Virus record (IMG/VR): IMGVR_UViG_3300021467_000006
Location: 32,321-96,320 of that record
Reading direction: 5' to 3' (one strand)
Source: a virus
Length of the DNA stretch: 64,000 nucleotides
Below the pieces are notes generated by a model that was not told the origin of the DNA, made no database searches, and worked only from the letters and a program-made list of their open reading frames with translations. Shown here piece after piece: positions 39,850 through 50,529 of this stretch (its first letter is position 1; each line of letters starts with the position of its first letter). The translations under genes were made by a program, and so were the position numbers.

Positions 39850-40875
39850 TTAAGCTGATTCCCCATAAATACCAACAACAACTGTATTGTTGGCTTTACT
39901 ATTTGCTCCGGCTGGAACTACTTCTTTCATCCAAACTGCCTCACTAGCTGGATACAATTCAAAAACCAATGTGTCACCACTAGCCCATGTGCCCGTCCAA
40001 CCTGCAGAAGGAACTGTAAAATAAGGTGTAGAAGTATTTGGGTTAGAAGGAGAAAAATCAGATGAAGTAGTTCCAGATCCTAAACTTCCCAAATAACTAC
40101 CAGAGGCATCAAAAGCCGTAGCGGAAGTAAAAGTCAAAGTTATCGTATCTCTAACTGAGCCTTTATTATCCCCTGTTATTGGATGATTAGCATCATCGAA
40201 ATCCCCATCGCCAGCCGTAGTTGCTACCACCGAATCAGTATAAGCATGTAGATCTCCTAAATCCAAATAAATGGCAATTCTGGTATAATAGGTAATTCCA
40301 CCGTCATCATATGAAATTGGATAATCATACTGTAACTGGCTATCCAATCCAATTGTGGCAACACTTCCAGACCAACTTATAGAGTCTATCTCATTAAATT
40401 CGCTATGGTGTGTAGTATCAGATTCATCTTTGAGATTAGTTATATATAATTTATCTCCTGAAGCTAGTACTCCATTTAAGTCGGTTTGAAAGAAATTTAC
40501 TTCTATAGAGGTAGCTCCGGCACTGGCAGCAGAATTCAGTCTTCCAGTTCCATAAAACTTGTAGCTGGAATCAATATCATTCTGAGTATCTGTAGCCGTA
40601 CCTGTAGCAATCCTGAAATAATCATCTCCAGTGCTCAACTTATCTATGAAGAAAGCTACATTATACAAGGTATCCTGCTCATCATCTATATTATGAACAA
40701 AGATTTTTCTATATCTGGTTAATCCAGCTACCCTCTCAGCATTGGTAACACGAGGAAAAACATTATATAAGGTATTATCAGTTACCTGGGTATAACTCTC
40801 CCTACCTCCATTGTTATTGCCGTCTGTATTTACAGAGGCTTTAAATAAAACTATTTCTGATGTAGATACTGGCAT
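39850..40875 (-). CDS. Putative virion (tail) protein
   Basis: NGGR...NVFPRV..AER.AG.TRYRKIF...VWMKEVVPAG. Confidence 0.65.
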   Translation of the reverse strand: MPVSTSEIVLFKASVNTDGNNNGGRESYTQVTDNTLYNVFPRVTNAERVAGLTRYRKIFVHNIDDEQDTLYNVAFFIDKLSTGDDYFRIATGTATDTQNDIDSSYKFYGTGRLNSAASAGATSIEVNFFQTDLNGVLASGDKLYITNLKDESDTTHHSEFNEIDSISWSGSVATIGLDSQLQYDYPISYDDGGITYYTRIAIYLDLGDLHAYTDSVVATTAGDGDFDDANHPITGDNKGSVRDTITLTFTSATAFDASGSYLGSLGSGTTSSDFSPSNPNTSTPYFTVPSAGWTGTWASGDTLVFELYPASEAVWMKEVVPAGANSKANNTVVVGIYGESA

Positions 40876-40884
40876 TTTTAACTC

Positions 40885-41088
40885 CTATTTATTTTCCATT
40901 TGTTTATTTAAAACCCTAGGTTGAGGCGGAGGTACTGCCCCTCCACACATTGTAAATAGTCCTTCCGGCCTAAATACGCATGAGAAATCTCTTGGGTTAG
41001 CGAAAATAATCTCTACTTTTCTTATTTTATTATCCTCAGTTAGATCTAGATGAAATTCCATACCTCTTCTAACATCTTCAATAACCAT
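40885..41088 (-). CDS. Hypothetical protein
   Basis: Fills the gap between tail genes; GGAGG RBS. Confidence 0.5.
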   Translation of the reverse strand: MVIEDVRRGMEFHLDLTEDNKIRKVEIIFANPRDFSCVFRPEGLFTMCGGAVPPPQPRVLNKQMENK

Positions 41089-41089
41089 T

Positions 41090-41470
41090 TCATACCTCCA
41101 ATAATTTTATAGTTCCATACATATAATCGTCATCTCCTAAGTTATTCCTATTTATAAGTGGTTTAAAATCCAAAACAGGCGGATCATTAAATCTAAAAAT
41201 AACTTCATAAGAAGTATTACCATATACCAAAGTTATAGGGCTATTGACTTCTATTAAACTTTTCAATTGTTTATAAGTAGCATATGTTATCCAACCACTT
41301 TCTCTTGTAGCCACCAAATTTATAGGTTTTCCTGCAGTAGCTTCAACAGCATAATAACAGATCCTACCCCCTAAAGTTCTAGTAATAAAACCAGAAAAAG
41401 GTTCCCAAGAGAAATTATTCTCTATAACCATTTCATTAGATAATGCTATACCACCTAATGTTATACTCAT
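41090..41470 (-). CDS. Distal tail (Dit-like) protein
   Basis: Directly after the tape measure; RTLGG...GKPINL..GWI...TIKLLEV. Confidence 0.6.
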   Translation of the reverse strand: MSITLGGIALSNEMVIENNFSWEPFSGFITRTLGGRICYYAVEATAGKPINLVATRESGWITYATYKQLKSLIEVNSPITLVYGNTSYEVIFRFNDPPVLDFKPLINRNNLGDDDYMYGTIKLLEV

Positions 41471-44400
41471 ATCGACATAAGCCTCTCTTTTTCAAGTCGC
41501 TCTACAAACATATCAACTATTTCCTTATCACCAAACAAAGGAAATTGTGTTCCACCTAGATTCAAATTTACATTTACTATTTCTTTAGGTTTGGATTCTT
41601 GCACTACTCCTCCTGCCTGCATTTTAGGAAAAGAAGCGTTGAAAACCAATCCCTCATTTATACTCTTAAAAAATCCAAGACCTAAATTCTTAACAATTTC
41701 CTTTCTTACAACAAATTCACCAGGTTCTAACCATGTAGGAACTACATCCCCGCCCCCATATCCAGGAATCCAACCACCTGTAGATTTACCTTCCCCTTTT
41801 GAAACTGCTATAGAAATCTTAGCTTTCCTATTTATATCATCAAGCAATTTGCTTACATCTTTGAGTTTGGTTATTACAGAATCCAAATTGTCTTTAATAA
41901 CTAATTTAGGTTCTGATTCCACTATCTTTTTTATAAGAGCCTCAAATTTAGGAACTATTTCAGTATCAATATTATCCTTAATTTCCAATTGTCCTTGCTT
42001 CTCTAAGCTCTTCTTAACAGCATCCATAGCCGATCTCATCTCTGTAACCAAAGAGTTGAGAGATTTTTCCATCATATTTATTTGAGCTTCAAGAGTGGTC
42101 TTCTGATCTTCAAGTACAGAATCCTTCACATCTGAAAGGTCTTTCATCAATGCTTTGATTCTATGTGAAAGAGATCTAACTTGAGCTTCACTTAACTTTG
42201 TAGTAGATAGAAAGGAAGATTTAAGAGCATTTAATCTTTGTTCAGCTTCTCTTAGATAAACCTTTCCCTTTCCTTCATCAGCATAAAGTCTAGCTTCACT
42301 CAATAAAGAGCTAATACTTCTGGCTTCTCTTTTTAATCTATCGAAGGTACTTCTGGAAGTACCCTCCATCTTCCTCAGTTTCTCACGTACAGCGTTATCG
42401 AAACTCTTTAAAGACAACTCCAGAGAAACTTCATTCTGTTGAAGTTGGACATTTATATCATTTAATTGTTGATATAATTTCTGAAGAGCAGATGTTTCAT
42501 CTTTTACTAGCTGATCTATGGTATTTTTATAATTAGTTGCAGCTTTACTCATCTCAGAGTAAAGCCTAGTTTCTTGCTCTGCTCTCCAAGCATTTATCTT
42601 ATTTATAGTCTCAGCATTGCCTTTAGCCAGTTCCAACTGCCTTTTATAAGATTGTTCCATCAATTGCATTCGAGCAGTTATAGAACCTATATCTACAAGA
42701 TAAGTTTGTTTGGCTTGTAATGCTTTTTGCTGGTTTATCTGGATCTTTTGAACATTGGTTAGTTCGTTCAACTTCTTTGTATAATCCACGATACCCCAAG
42801 CAACCTGTTCTCTAATCAGATTCAATTTCTGTAAAGTATGAGAATATTGCAAAGTAAGAGTTTGAACATCTTGGAGCGGTTTCATAGTATTTTTAAAATT
42901 AACAGTAGTTCTGGATAATGTTGTATCCATATCAGAAAACTGTTTCTGAAGCACATTAATAGAAGTTACTAGGGATTTTATCTGAATATCCTCATCTTCC
43001 AATAGGCTTACAAATCTCTGAACCGCTCCCCCCTCAGTAGCAGGTAAGATTCCTTCATCTATAAGGGTACTAAATGCTACCTTCAAAGCATCTATATCTT
43101 CAGACGTACTAACAAATTGTGTAGATAACTCTACAAACAATTTGGGATATTTAGCTAATTCTTTTATATTTTTTGTGTCTATAAAAGTTAGGTCTTTTAT
43201 AGACCCCCCTTCATATTTTAATATATTTAAGAAATTTTTAAGTGATTTTGTATAATCATTTATTGTCTTATTTGAAGAATATAACTTTTTAGCAAATTCA
43301 GGGCCTGCAAGCTCAACAACTTTTATGAAATCATAAAGTTGCTTGCTCATATCTTTTGTAATGCCTGTTAATTCAACATTTTGGTCTCTAAGTGATTTAA
43401 GCCACTCTGAAGATAGGGGAGATCCTAATAATTTTTGAATGTTAGAAATAGCTTTATTTAAATCACCTACATCCGGTAGACCTAATACCACATCAGCTTC
43501 AGTGAAAGGAGTAGCCAATTCATCTCTGTAGTTTTTATAGCTTTTCAATATCTGTATTAATTCCTTATTCTGTTCTTCATAAGTATCTCTTAGCTTCCTA
43601 TTGGCTTCAGCTTGTTTTTCTAATGCATCTGAAAATTCAACTATCCTCCGTACTCTTTCTATTTCTATATTACGCTTTATAGAATCATTCAGAAGTTCTT
43701 GTGCCTTCCTAAGAGTATTAGTGGTATCAGCACCTGTAACTATCTCGGCATTATATTCCTTCATTAACTTATTATATTCTTCTAGGGGAACTAAACCTGC
43801 TTTGTACGCCTTAGTTACTGCCTGAATAAATAAGCCTGCCCTTTCCAACCCTCTTATCTCGGCTACAGTATCATTAAAATTACTCATAGACAGGCTTAAC
43901 TCATCTATCCTTTTCTTTGCTGATTCAGCAGCTAAAACTATTTCACCTACCGTCTTGGTAAATTTTATAGCCCCTTCTGGGGTTATTTCCATTTTTCTAA
44001 GACCTGTAAGAGCATCAATAAAATGCGTAATGGTAGGCACTAAATCCACAAATACCGCTTTTATGCTATTCCAGAATATAGTTAATCTAGCCTGCAAACT
44101 TTCACTAGCAATAGCAGCCAGAGAAGCAGCACGGGCATAATTATTAAAAGATGTACTCAACTGTGCAACCTTTTCAGCATTGGATACAAGAACTGCGATT
44201 CCAGAAGCACCTCTTCTTCCAAACGCTCTAAATGCATCTGCAGCAGAAAATCCTGCCTTCTTAAGAGTGTTCAATATTTGAGTTATTGTATGTAATTGGG
44301 GGTCTACATCCTCTATAGTCAATCCTAAATTGCTTAATGTATCTATAAGCCTATTAGAGGGTCTTAATAATTCGGCAAACATAGCTCTCATAGAAGTACC

Positions 44401-47244
44401 GGACGTAGAAGCTCTAATACCAGCATCAGCCATCGTACCCAAAATAGCAGCAGTTTCTTCCAGAGTTACATTTATTTGGGGGGCAATACCTGTAATATAA
44501 TTGAAAGAAGTATTCAATCTATCCACAGTTAATCGAGTGCTGTTTATTGCAGAAGTAAAAATATTTGCAACATCAGCAGCATTGGAAGTTTCAAGATTCC
44601 ATGCCTGCATAGCAGATAACATTAAATTAACGGTGTCTGAAAGTTCAGATCCGGTTGCAACAGCAAGCTGGGAAGTAGAAGTTATAAGTGCAATTGATTC
44701 TTGAGCTGTATAACCTGCCTGACCTATTTTTATCAAAGCATCTGCTATATCAGTAGCAGCAAGAGCATATCTCATTGAGAGGTCAACCACCGTATCCGTT
44801 GCCAAATCTACAGCTTCTGTAGTAGCTAGGGTAATAGTCTGGAACTTTTTCATCTTGTCTTCAAGTTCCACTATTGTTTTAGTTACATCGCTAAAAATTC
44901 TCCTTAACTCCCATAAAGTCCTATAAAGCAGGAATACCCCAACCAACCTAAAATTAAAAAACCCAGATAGAGCAGAACCTGCTCCAATTATAGTTCCCCT
45001 TGTTTTTTCAGCTTCAGTCTCAGTCTGTCTTAAGATACTTCTTACTACCCCTAAAGATCTCTCTAATTTTTGTGTATTATTCTTCCATTCCCTAGTAAGA
45101 GTTCCATTTGCAGCAACAAACTTGGTAGTTGTCTTCAATATATTAAGAATCTGTTGCTCTCTAGCTCTAAGTTCTGCAGTAGTTCTTAATTCTTCTATAC
45201 CAGTGGTTAATTGCTCTATTTTCTCTTTCGTTATGGAATCCAAAATCTTTTTAGATTCTATTCTGGATCTTACTTCCTTTTCTACACCTCTAACGGTTCT
45301 ATCGGAAATATCTGATAATTGCTTTGTAGCTGCTAAGGTTTCATCTACAACCTGTTTTCTTTCCTTTATTAGCCTTAAAACTCTCTCGGCATTTTTAGTT
45401 TCTTCTTCAGATCCTCCAGAAACCTTTAGATTTTTCAAATATTGTTCTTGAGCTACAAGCAAATTATTTAATTTTTCTTGTTCGGCCACTAATAAAGTAT
45501 AAGCAGATTTTTCAGTAGATAATTGTGTGTTTATCCTACCTAATAAAACCTGCTGTTCTGTAGTAAGATTAGCTTGCTGTAATAATTCATCTCTAAGTCT
45601 TACTTGAGATTGTTCATTCAATAACCCAAGCTCATACTGAAGCTGCAAAGATCTTATAGATTGCTCTCTTGCAGTAGTTATAGCTTGTTCTATTTTTTCT
45701 CTATTTATACCAAAAGCCTCAATTAACCTATTAGCTTCTAAGTCTTTAGCATAAGAATCCGCTATTAATTTCCTCAACTTTGAAATATTTGATTCTATAT
45801 TATATTGGCTTTCTAATTGAACATTTATTTCTGCAAGAGTAGAAACTGCTTTTTTTATGCTTTTATCTAAATCTATACCTAAAGAAGCTCTGGATTTCTG
45901 AATAAGAAGATCATAATAATCCACAACCTGAGAAATAGAATATACTCTTTTATTTTCAAATTTTATTAATTCTGCTTCTATTTCAAGTTCTTTCTTCCTC
46001 TGCCTAAGCGTGGCAACTGTTTCAGCAGTTATAGTTTTCCCTAAAGAATACGCTTCTTTTAAGAGAATATTTACCAAATCTAATTCTGATCTAATTTTCT
46101 CTATAGAACCTTTAGATTTTAAAGATTCAACATAAAAAGAAGCCCAATCTTTTGTAGATAAATTAAGGGTATTTAACACATCTTTTAATGAAAGATTATA
46201 TTTCTGAGCATAAAGAGAAGTTTGCTTTAATAAGTTTATGGCTTCCTGTTCTGAAGCTAAACCTGCTCTGACCACATTAGCTCTGACTTGAAGAGCTTGT
46301 AATTCAATATCTCTATATTGGACAATCTGCTTTATGTTTTTAACTTCAGTAGCGCTTAGGTCATAACCAGCCTTAGCTAATGAAATTATTTGATTGCGTA
46401 CACTTTCTGCCATCCTTGGAACATATTGAAATTCCGATTTAATGAGTCCTAAAGTCTTCGATAGTTCCGCTCTGGTTCTTCCTAATTTCTCTAATATCCC
46501 TGAATATGCACCTCCTAATTGTTGTACAGGAGTTGCCACTATATTTCTGGAAGCATAAAATTGTTCTGTTTTCTTATTGAGAAGATCAAATTCCCGAATG
46601 AGTTGTTGTAACCCAACGAGAGCAGTTTTAGAACCAAAATTAAGTTTCCGTAGATTTTCTACAGCTTTTAAAAATGCCGTTTTTGATTTATCATCCCCCA
46701 ATTTAAGGGCTTCAATCATCCTATCTATAGATGGAATAACTCTACCACGAAGTTCTTTATCTAACTGAGGAGATAATTTCACATTTGATAAAGTAGCTTT
46801 CACACTTTCCATTCTAGAAGCTACTTCACCAAGAGATTCTTGTATTTTAATATTTTCTTCTACACCTACTTTTCCATATTTATGATAAAGAGAAGTAGAG
46901 CTATCTATTAATTTGTTAAGATTCCCAAAAGCAACTCCAACTTCTGCATAATGGGAATGTACATCTTCAATATTTTTTATTAGAGTTTTAATACCAGGAA
47001 GAAATTTTTTACCGCTTATACCTAAATCCAGACCAGAACTTATATCTTGAGCTAGAGTTCTAAACTGTTTCCGAAAAGCACTTATATATTTATAAGTATT
47101 ACTGAAGGGATCACCTTTTATTGCCCCTTCAATATTAATTGATTTCAATGAGGATTCTAAAGCCTGTGCTGCTTTTGATGCTTTATTAGAAGCTCTATCC
47201 TCAAAATCAAGCGCTAAAGTTGCTATTAATTCAGCTACCGTCAT
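41467..47244 (-). CDS. Tape measure protein (TP901-type core)
   Basis: 1925 aa, helical; LAVATG, ETAAILGTMADAGIRASTSGTSMR; C-terminal GGWIPGYGGGDVVP.WLEPGEFVV. Confidence 0.93.
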   Translation of the reverse strand: MTVAELIATLALDFEDRASNKASKAAQALESSLKSINIEGAIKGDPFSNTYKYISAFRKQFRTLAQDISSGLDLGISGKKFLPGIKTLIKNIEDVHSHYAEVGVAFGNLNKLIDSSTSLYHKYGKVGVEENIKIQESLGEVASRMESVKATLSNVKLSPQLDKELRGRVIPSIDRMIEALKLGDDKSKTAFLKAVENLRKLNFGSKTALVGLQQLIREFDLLNKKTEQFYASRNIVATPVQQLGGAYSGILEKLGRTRAELSKTLGLIKSEFQYVPRMAESVRNQIISLAKAGYDLSATEVKNIKQIVQYRDIELQALQVRANVVRAGLASEQEAINLLKQTSLYAQKYNLSLKDVLNTLNLSTKDWASFYVESLKSKGSIEKIRSELDLVNILLKEAYSLGKTITAETVATLRQRKKELEIEAELIKFENKRVYSISQVVDYYDLLIQKSRASLGIDLDKSIKKAVSTLAEINVQLESQYNIESNISKLRKLIADSYAKDLEANRLIEAFGINREKIEQAITTAREQSIRSLQLQYELGLLNEQSQVRLRDELLQQANLTTEQQVLLGRINTQLSTEKSAYTLLVAEQEKLNNLLVAQEQYLKNLKVSGGSEEETKNAERVLRLIKERKQVVDETLAATKQLSDISDRTVRGVEKEVRSRIESKKILDSITKEKIEQLTTGIEELRTTAELRAREQQILNILKTTTKFVAANGTLTREWKNNTQKLERSLGVVRSILRQTETEAEKTRGTIIGAGSALSGFFNFRLVGVFLLYRTLWELRRIFSDVTKTIVELEDKMKKFQTITLATTEAVDLATDTVVDLSMRYALAATDIADALIKIGQAGYTAQESIALITSTSQLAVATGSELSDTVNLMLSAMQAWNLETSNAADVANIFTSAINSTRLTVDRLNTSFNYITGIAPQINVTLEETAAILGTMADAGIRASTSGTSMRAMFAELLRPSNRLIDTLSNLGLTIEDVDPQLHTITQILNTLKKAGFSAADAFRAFGRRGASGIAVLVSNAEKVAQLSTSFNNYARAASLAAIASESLQARLTIFWNSIKAVFVDLVPTITHFIDALTGLRKMEITPEGAIKFTKTVGEIVLAAESAKKRIDELSLSMSNFNDTVAEIRGLERAGLFIQAVTKAYKAGLVPLEEYNKLMKEYNAEIVTGADTTNTLRKAQELLNDSIKRNIEIERVRRIVEFSDALEKQAEANRKLRDTYEEQNKELIQILKSYKNYRDELATPFTEADVVLGLPDVGDLNKAISNIQKLLGSPLSSEWLKSLRDQNVELTGITKDMSKQLYDFIKVVELAGPEFAKKLYSSNKTINDYTKSLKNFLNILKYEGGSIKDLTFIDTKNIKELAKYPKLFVELSTQFVSTSEDIDALKVAFSTLIDEGILPATEGGAVQRFVSLLEDEDIQIKSLVTSINVLQKQFSDMDTTLSRTTVNFKNTMKPLQDVQTLTLQYSHTLQKLNLIREQVAWGIVDYTKKLNELTNVQKIQINQQKALQAKQTYLVDIGSITARMQLMEQSYKRQLELAKGNAETINKINAWRAEQETRLYSEMSKAATNYKNTIDQLVKDETSALQKLYQQLNDINVQLQQNEVSLELSLKSFDNAVREKLRKMEGTSRSTFDRLKREARSISSLLSEARLYADEGKGKVYLREAEQRLNALKSSFLSTTKLSEAQVRSLSHRIKALMKDLSDVKDSVLEDQKTTLEAQINMMEKSLNSLVTEMRSAMDAVKKSLEKQGQLEIKDNIDTEIVPKFEALIKKIVESEPKLVIKDNLDSVITKLKDVSKLLDDINRKAKISIAVSKGEGKSTGGWIPGYGGGDVVPTWLEPGEFVVRKEIVKNLGLGFFKSINEGLVFNASFPKMQAGGVVQESKPKEIVNVNLNLGGTQFPLFGDKEIVDMFVERLEKERLMSI

Positions 47245-47681
47245 TTATCTTTTCCTTCTTTAGGTATCACAGGAACTAAGGATAACAATTGATCCAATAC
47301 CTTCTTAGCCTTTTCTTCTTTTTTTGGTTTTTGCTTTTTAAGCGATTCGATACTCTGTTTATTGAAAAATCTTATTAATTTATCCCATCTTTTTGCAGCA
47401 TCTTTAAAAGCCTTTTTGCTTGTAGAAGTAATTTGTAATGTTATTGCTGCTCCTATGGTAGTGGCTAAATTCGCCAAAAAATCATATTTCTTTCGTGTTT
47501 CTTGTCTTATTATAGAATCATAGAAAGCATAGACTTGCGATATTGAGTAGGTATTTAAAATATCGTGGTAGGAATGTCCGTTTGATATAAGCACCTGGAA
47601 TATATCAGTTATGAATAATACTAATTGCTCTCTCTTACCTCCAGGTGCTCCTTCTCGGTAAAGAGAGCTGAAATATTTTTT
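47241..47681 (-). CDS. -1 frameshift extension (gpT-like) of the tail assembly chaperone
   Basis: The -1 frame is open from the slippery site at 47681 through VLISNGHSY to 47241. Confidence 0.8.
   Translation of the reverse strand, partial: KKYFSSLYREGAPGGKREQLVLFITDIFQVLISNGHSYHDILNTYSISQVYAFYDSIIRQETRKKYDFLANLATTIGAAITLQITSTSKKAFKDAAKRWDKLIRFFNKQSIESLKKQKPKKEEKAKKVLDQLLSLVPVIPKEGKDK
47590..47681 (-). promoter_or_regulatory. Programmed -1 frameshift signal: A AAA AAT plus H-type pseudoknot
   Basis: In-frame heptamer at 47681-47675, 6-nt spacer, stem 1 47668-47657 with 47639-47627, stem 2 47649-47640 with 47599-47590. Confidence 0.8.
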
Positions 47682-48055
47682 AGGAAACCAAGATTAATGT
47701 AGAAAATAGTGGCCATTATAAGCATCCCTTTTTCTACAGGCCATTCTTTGATTTCCTCCTCTGTAGCTTCTGGGCAAGCAAGAGATATGAGCTTAATCAT
47801 ATCTTTTGCTGCTATCATATATAATTTTATGAAATCTCCTTTAAACTCCAGTTTCTCAGGGAAACCATCTTTGAAGATTTCTCTCTCTTCTATTTCTTTA
47901 TAAATTCTTTCCAGTATTGGTGTCAATTCCAAGAACTGACCAAAAGTATAAGGTCTTACTTTTACATCATCTATTTCTACTTCTCTTGTTAATTGGGTTT
48001 TAATATCTTCTGAAAATTCTTTATCAACATCTTTAGACTTCTTTTTCTTAGCCAT
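47621..48055 (-). CDS. Tail assembly chaperone (gpG-like)
   Basis: Between tail tube and tape measure; contains the slippery site. Confidence 0.8.
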   Translation of the reverse strand: MAKKKKSKDVDKEFSEDIKTQLTREVEIDDVKVRPYTFGQFLELTPILERIYKEIEEREIFKDGFPEKLEFKGDFIKLYMIAAKDMIKLISLACPEATEEEIKEWPVEKGMLIMATIFYINLGFLKNISALFTEKEHLEVRESN

Positions 48056-48080
48056 ATTTTACACCTCATTACGATTTTTT

Positions 48081-48106
48081 AAAAAGGGGCTAAAAGCCCC
48101 TATTTT
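48081..48106 (-). terminator. Intrinsic terminator after the tail tube gene
   Basis: AGGGGC-TTTTA-GCCCCT followed by a T run on the - strand. Confidence 0.75.
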
Positions 48107-48116
48107 CACATCTCAA

Positions 48117-48977
48117 TTAAAAGAAATCAATATAGCCATATGGACAGCTTACAGCAGATGAATCAAAAGTATGGCTAAAGGTTTCATCTTTGAGAACTTC
48201 GATTTCAAAAGTACCAGACATCCAATCATCAGCACCAAAACCAAGATCTCCAGAAGGCTTAATGGAACATTTAGGAATATGATATTTCCACTGTCTACCA
48301 ACAGTAGTAGGAAATACCATCAGCATTGCACCTTCGGCAGTGATTGCATTTTCATCAAATACCGTAATACCTACAATATAGGTATAACTCACAGTAATAC
48401 TAGAACCGCTATCTGGAGCAGTCTCATAATCCAATACAATAGCCCCTGAGCCATAATCAATGGTTCCAGTACTGCTTCCACTTGCAGGAGAAAGGGTTCC
48501 ACCACCATCATCAGTCATATCAAGATCAGAGGAACTGATTGTAGCAGTCACTGTAACTGTAGTAGGAGATATTGGAATATTACCCAAAGTGAATTCGAAA
48601 TGAGTCTCAGTACCATCTGGAGCAGCACCAGAATCTTCATCAGTTAGAGCCTTGGTCTGGTTAGCACCATAGAAGAACCTTCTCATGTTATCAGCATCAA
48701 ATTCATCAAAAGTCATAGAGAGGCTGATTGTCTGCTCAATGATAATTGATTTATCTTTCTGTTTCTTACCTGCAGTAACCGTAAAATGATCCAGAGAATC
48801 CGTACCCAATGTCAATGACATATCCGCTGCATTACCGAGATAATAATACTTTTTATCATAAGTACCGGTTCCAGCATAGGCATTCTCAAGGATCGTCAAT
48901 CCCGAGGAACCTGTTGTACCATAAAAATACAACAGAGGCATTCCAAGGGAGTAATTATTTGTATGTTTTGAAGCCAT
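48117..48977 (-). CDS. Major tail tube protein with an inserted Ig-like domain
   Basis: NYSLG..LYF, YLGNA, IPKCSIKPSGDL..DDW..FEIEVL; position in the module. Confidence 0.8.
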   Translation of the reverse strand: MASKHTNNYSLGMPLLYFYGTTGSSGLTILENAYAGTGTYDKKYYYLGNAADMSLTLGTDSLDHFTVTAGKKQKDKSIIIEQTISLSMTFDEFDADNMRRFFYGANQTKALTDEDSGAAPDGTETHFEFTLGNIPISPTTVTVTATISSSDLDMTDDGGGTLSPASGSSTGTIDYGSGAIVLDYETAPDSGSSITVSYTYIVGITVFDENAITAEGAMLMVFPTTVGRQWKYHIPKCSIKPSGDLGFGADDWMSGTFEIEVLKDETFSHTFDSSAVSCPYGYIDFF

Positions 48978-49060
48978 ATTTATTACCTCCGTTTAGTTTG
49001 TTAAATCCGAGAGACTTTATTTAGTTTAATATATCCAATAGTTTAACATCATAATTTTTG

Positions 49061-49327
49061 TTATGATTTTTTTCTCCTTCTTGTTGTTTTCTTTTTAACT
49101 TTTTTAACTGCTTTCTTTCTGCTAGTACGTTTCTTATTAGTAACTTTAACTTTCGTTTTCACTTCTTTAGCAGCTTGTAATGCTCTTTGTTCTTCTTTTA
49201 TTCTTTCTTCTACTTTCTTTAAAGCCCTTTTTAATCTTTTCTTGTCTTTTTTAATAGCTTCTGCATTAATAAGCACTCTTGCATCATCCTCAGCCTGCCA
49301 ATCTGCCTCACTTTTTACTCTTGCCAT
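49061..49327 (-). CDS. Small, very basic protein
   Basis: WQAEDDARVL..AEAIKKDKKRL and a Lys/Arg tail. Confidence 0.65.
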   Translation of the reverse strand: MARVKSEADWQAEDDARVLINAEAIKKDKKRLKRALKKVEERIKEEQRALQAAKEVKTKVKVTNKKRTSRKKAVKKVKKKTTRRRKKS

Positions 49328-49338
49328 AGTTTATCCTT

Positions 49339-49779
49339 TCATAAATTCAATACATCATAAATTATACTATTAAACCACACATAATTAGTAAAAGTTTGTC
49401 TGCCTTTCTCATCTAAATAATAAGGAACAGGAGTACCACTGCCTATATAAGATATAGAATTTGGGGATAATATACCTCCCCTTTTATCAAATACAAAAGT
49501 TAATAACTCAGCAGTTTTAAATGCTTTTAATTTATCAATAGAACGTACTATGAAGTCAAATGAAGGATTATAACAGGGTGTATTTCTTAACCTATTAGGT
49601 CTGGATCTGGGCATTATAATAATTACATCATCTGGAGTTTCTGGAAAAAAGAAAAAAAATAGATTTGTACCTAAAACCAATTCTTCTCCCCAAATAGATA
49701 TGAATTTAGAACCTATATTATCTTCTGAGATATTATGAATCCCCTCAAAAAATGTTCTTAAATCTTCAACAAAACCCAT
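49339..49779 (-). CDS. Tail terminator/completion protein
   Basis: LGTNLF...PETPD...PSFDFIVRS...DEKGR..F; position. Confidence 0.65.
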   Translation of the reverse strand: MGFVEDLRTFFEGIHNISEDNIGSKFISIWGEELVLGTNLFFFFFPETPDDVIIIMPRSRPNRLRNTPCYNPSFDFIVRSIDKLKAFKTAELLTFVFDKRGGILSPNSISYIGSGTPVPYYLDEKGRQTFTNYVWFNSIIYDVLNL

Positions 49780-50529
49780 TTATTTAACTCTTTGGTCAAA
49801 TCTTTTAAATATGATATTTCTATCCCTTTTAAGTTCTGGAATAACTTTATTGAGAATATCCTTAAAATCTCCAGATGATTGAATCATCGCCCTTTCTAAC
49901 CATTTAGGGCCTACAGGCCATGATGCATAACGAGGCTTCCAATCCAATCTTTCATGCAAAAACATAGCAATATCAAATTGCTCAGGTCTTCTACCTGATT
50001 TAGAAAAATCCTCTATAATCTCACCTTTTACCCTATGAAAAGTTATAGCAAATGTGCTTCTTTTTAATTTATAGGCTTGTGCAGATTGAAAAAACCCAGA
50101 AAGATCTGCAAACTGAGTAGTAAATCTACCTAAACCATCTGCAGAGCAAGTACCTACTATTTTGCTATTATAATATAATTTAGCTGAACTTCTTAAGGTT
50201 CCTGTATCAAAAGGGGCATAACTTATAGCTTTTTCATATGTAGCTTTCATAACTTCATACATTCTATTTAATGCTATTTTCACACTTGTAGCTGCAACAG
50301 TAGATATTATTTTCTTCAATATTACATCAAAACCCGCCCTTAATTTACCTCCAGCAATCTGCCAATCTTTTGTTATAAAAGTAGGAAGAGGCTTATCTGC
50401 AAAAAGTCCTCTTCTGGAATCCATATATTTACCTTCAATTTCATATAAACCTAATCTTAGGGCAGAAGTATAGTTTATTCTTTTTAATTCTTTCTCAAAT
50501 TTATCATCAAATTCCATTAATTTAGGCAT
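49780..50529 (-). CDS. HK97 gp10-like neck protein
   Basis: APFDTGTLRSS...HE...GPKWLERA. Confidence 0.75.
   Translation of the reverse strand: MPKLMEFDDKFEKELKRINYTSALRLGLYEIEGKYMDSRRGLFADKPLPTFITKDWQIAGGKLRAGFDVILKKIISTVAATSVKIALNRMYEVMKATYEKAISYAPFDTGTLRSSAKLYYNSKIVGTCSADGLGRFTTQFADLSGFFQSAQAYKLKRSTFAITFHRVKGEIIEDFSKSGRRPEQFDIAMFLHERLDWKPRYASWPVGPKWLERAMIQSSGDFKDILNKVIPELKRDRNIIFKRFDQRVK

Noticed and set aside
39342-49779. Contractile tail (sheath, baseplate J)
   Set aside because: No sheath-sized gene lies before the tube and no baseplate J motif was recognised.
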